Positions 60,573 through 60,734 of a stretch of 60,734 nucleotides of DNA are shown one piece after another. The stretch's first letter is position 1. Each line of letters begins with the position of its first letter. Made by a program: the position numbers and the translations under genes. The notes beneath the pieces are model-generated. The model saw only the letters and a list, made by a program, of their open reading frames with translations. It had not been told where the DNA came from and searched no databases. The stretch is from an uncultured virus (IMG/VR IMGVR_UViG_3300046340_000069) (taxonomy: Duplodnaviria > Heunggongvirae > Uroviricota > Caudoviricetes): the IMG/VR virus record IMGVR_UViG_3300046340_000069. One strand, written 5' to 3'.

Positions 60573-60734
60573 TTAGATATCAGGAAAATTTAAGTGTGCA
60601 AATTGTTTATGATGTATTTTCGCAGCATCATCATAAGCTTTAGCTGCTTCAATTTCAGTTTTAAACCTTCCTAATCGGTACTTGGTCTTATTTGCAATTA
60701 TTGTTGCCATCCAGGTATTATTACGAGAATCTAA
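60573..60734 (-). CDS. C-terminal AP2 domain of a probable HNH-AP2 endonuclease (runs off the window)
   Basis: WMATI...YRLGRFKTEIEAAKAYDDAA..FAHLNFP*. Confidence 0.8.
   Translation of the reverse strand, partial: LDSRNNTWMATIIANKTKYRLGRFKTEIEAAKAYDDAAKIHHKQFAHLNFPDI

Noticed and set aside
1..60734. tRNA or rRNA genes, reverse transcriptase/DGR, alternative genetic code
   Set aside because: No cloverleaf, rRNA or RT motifs seen by eye; long conserved genes translate uninterrupted in the standard code.

Overview
AT-rich segment of a large T4-like myophage (cyanophage-like; the cyanobacterial host is inferred from the TnpB, IscB-type omegaRNA and Calx-beta repeat style). Positions ~1-12.9 kb hold co-oriented small hypothetical genes separated by repeated terminator/promoter cassettes, plus an IS200/IS605 tnpB element. 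Positions ~13-60.7 kb hold T4-type virion genes (gp5.4/PAAR, gp6, gp7-like, gp8, gp13, gp14, gp15, gp16, gp18, gp25), gp43 DNA polymerase and an adenine methyltransferase. These are scrambled across both strands and interleaved with many homing endonucleases, including seven copies or relics of one HNH family. The standout system is the large terminase (gp17). It is encoded in three distant pieces (27.4-27.9 kb -, 52.7-55.1 kb -, 56.4-57.6 kb +) that can be joined by two atypically split inteins and one Gln-ending cis-intein. The first piece is also interrupted just before its Walker A motif by a 56-nt hairpin gap, closed in all three frames and flanked by matching CCT codons, which suggests translational bypassing. 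Other notable signals are a 14-bp palindrome (TATTAAATTTAATA) seen about 25 times at fairly even spacing including inside genes, an orphan IscB/HEARO-type omegaRNA, a 109-bp mini derivative of the tnpB element, and a dispersed CTAGAATGCCC repeat. All calls come from motif recognition by eye; no database searches were run.
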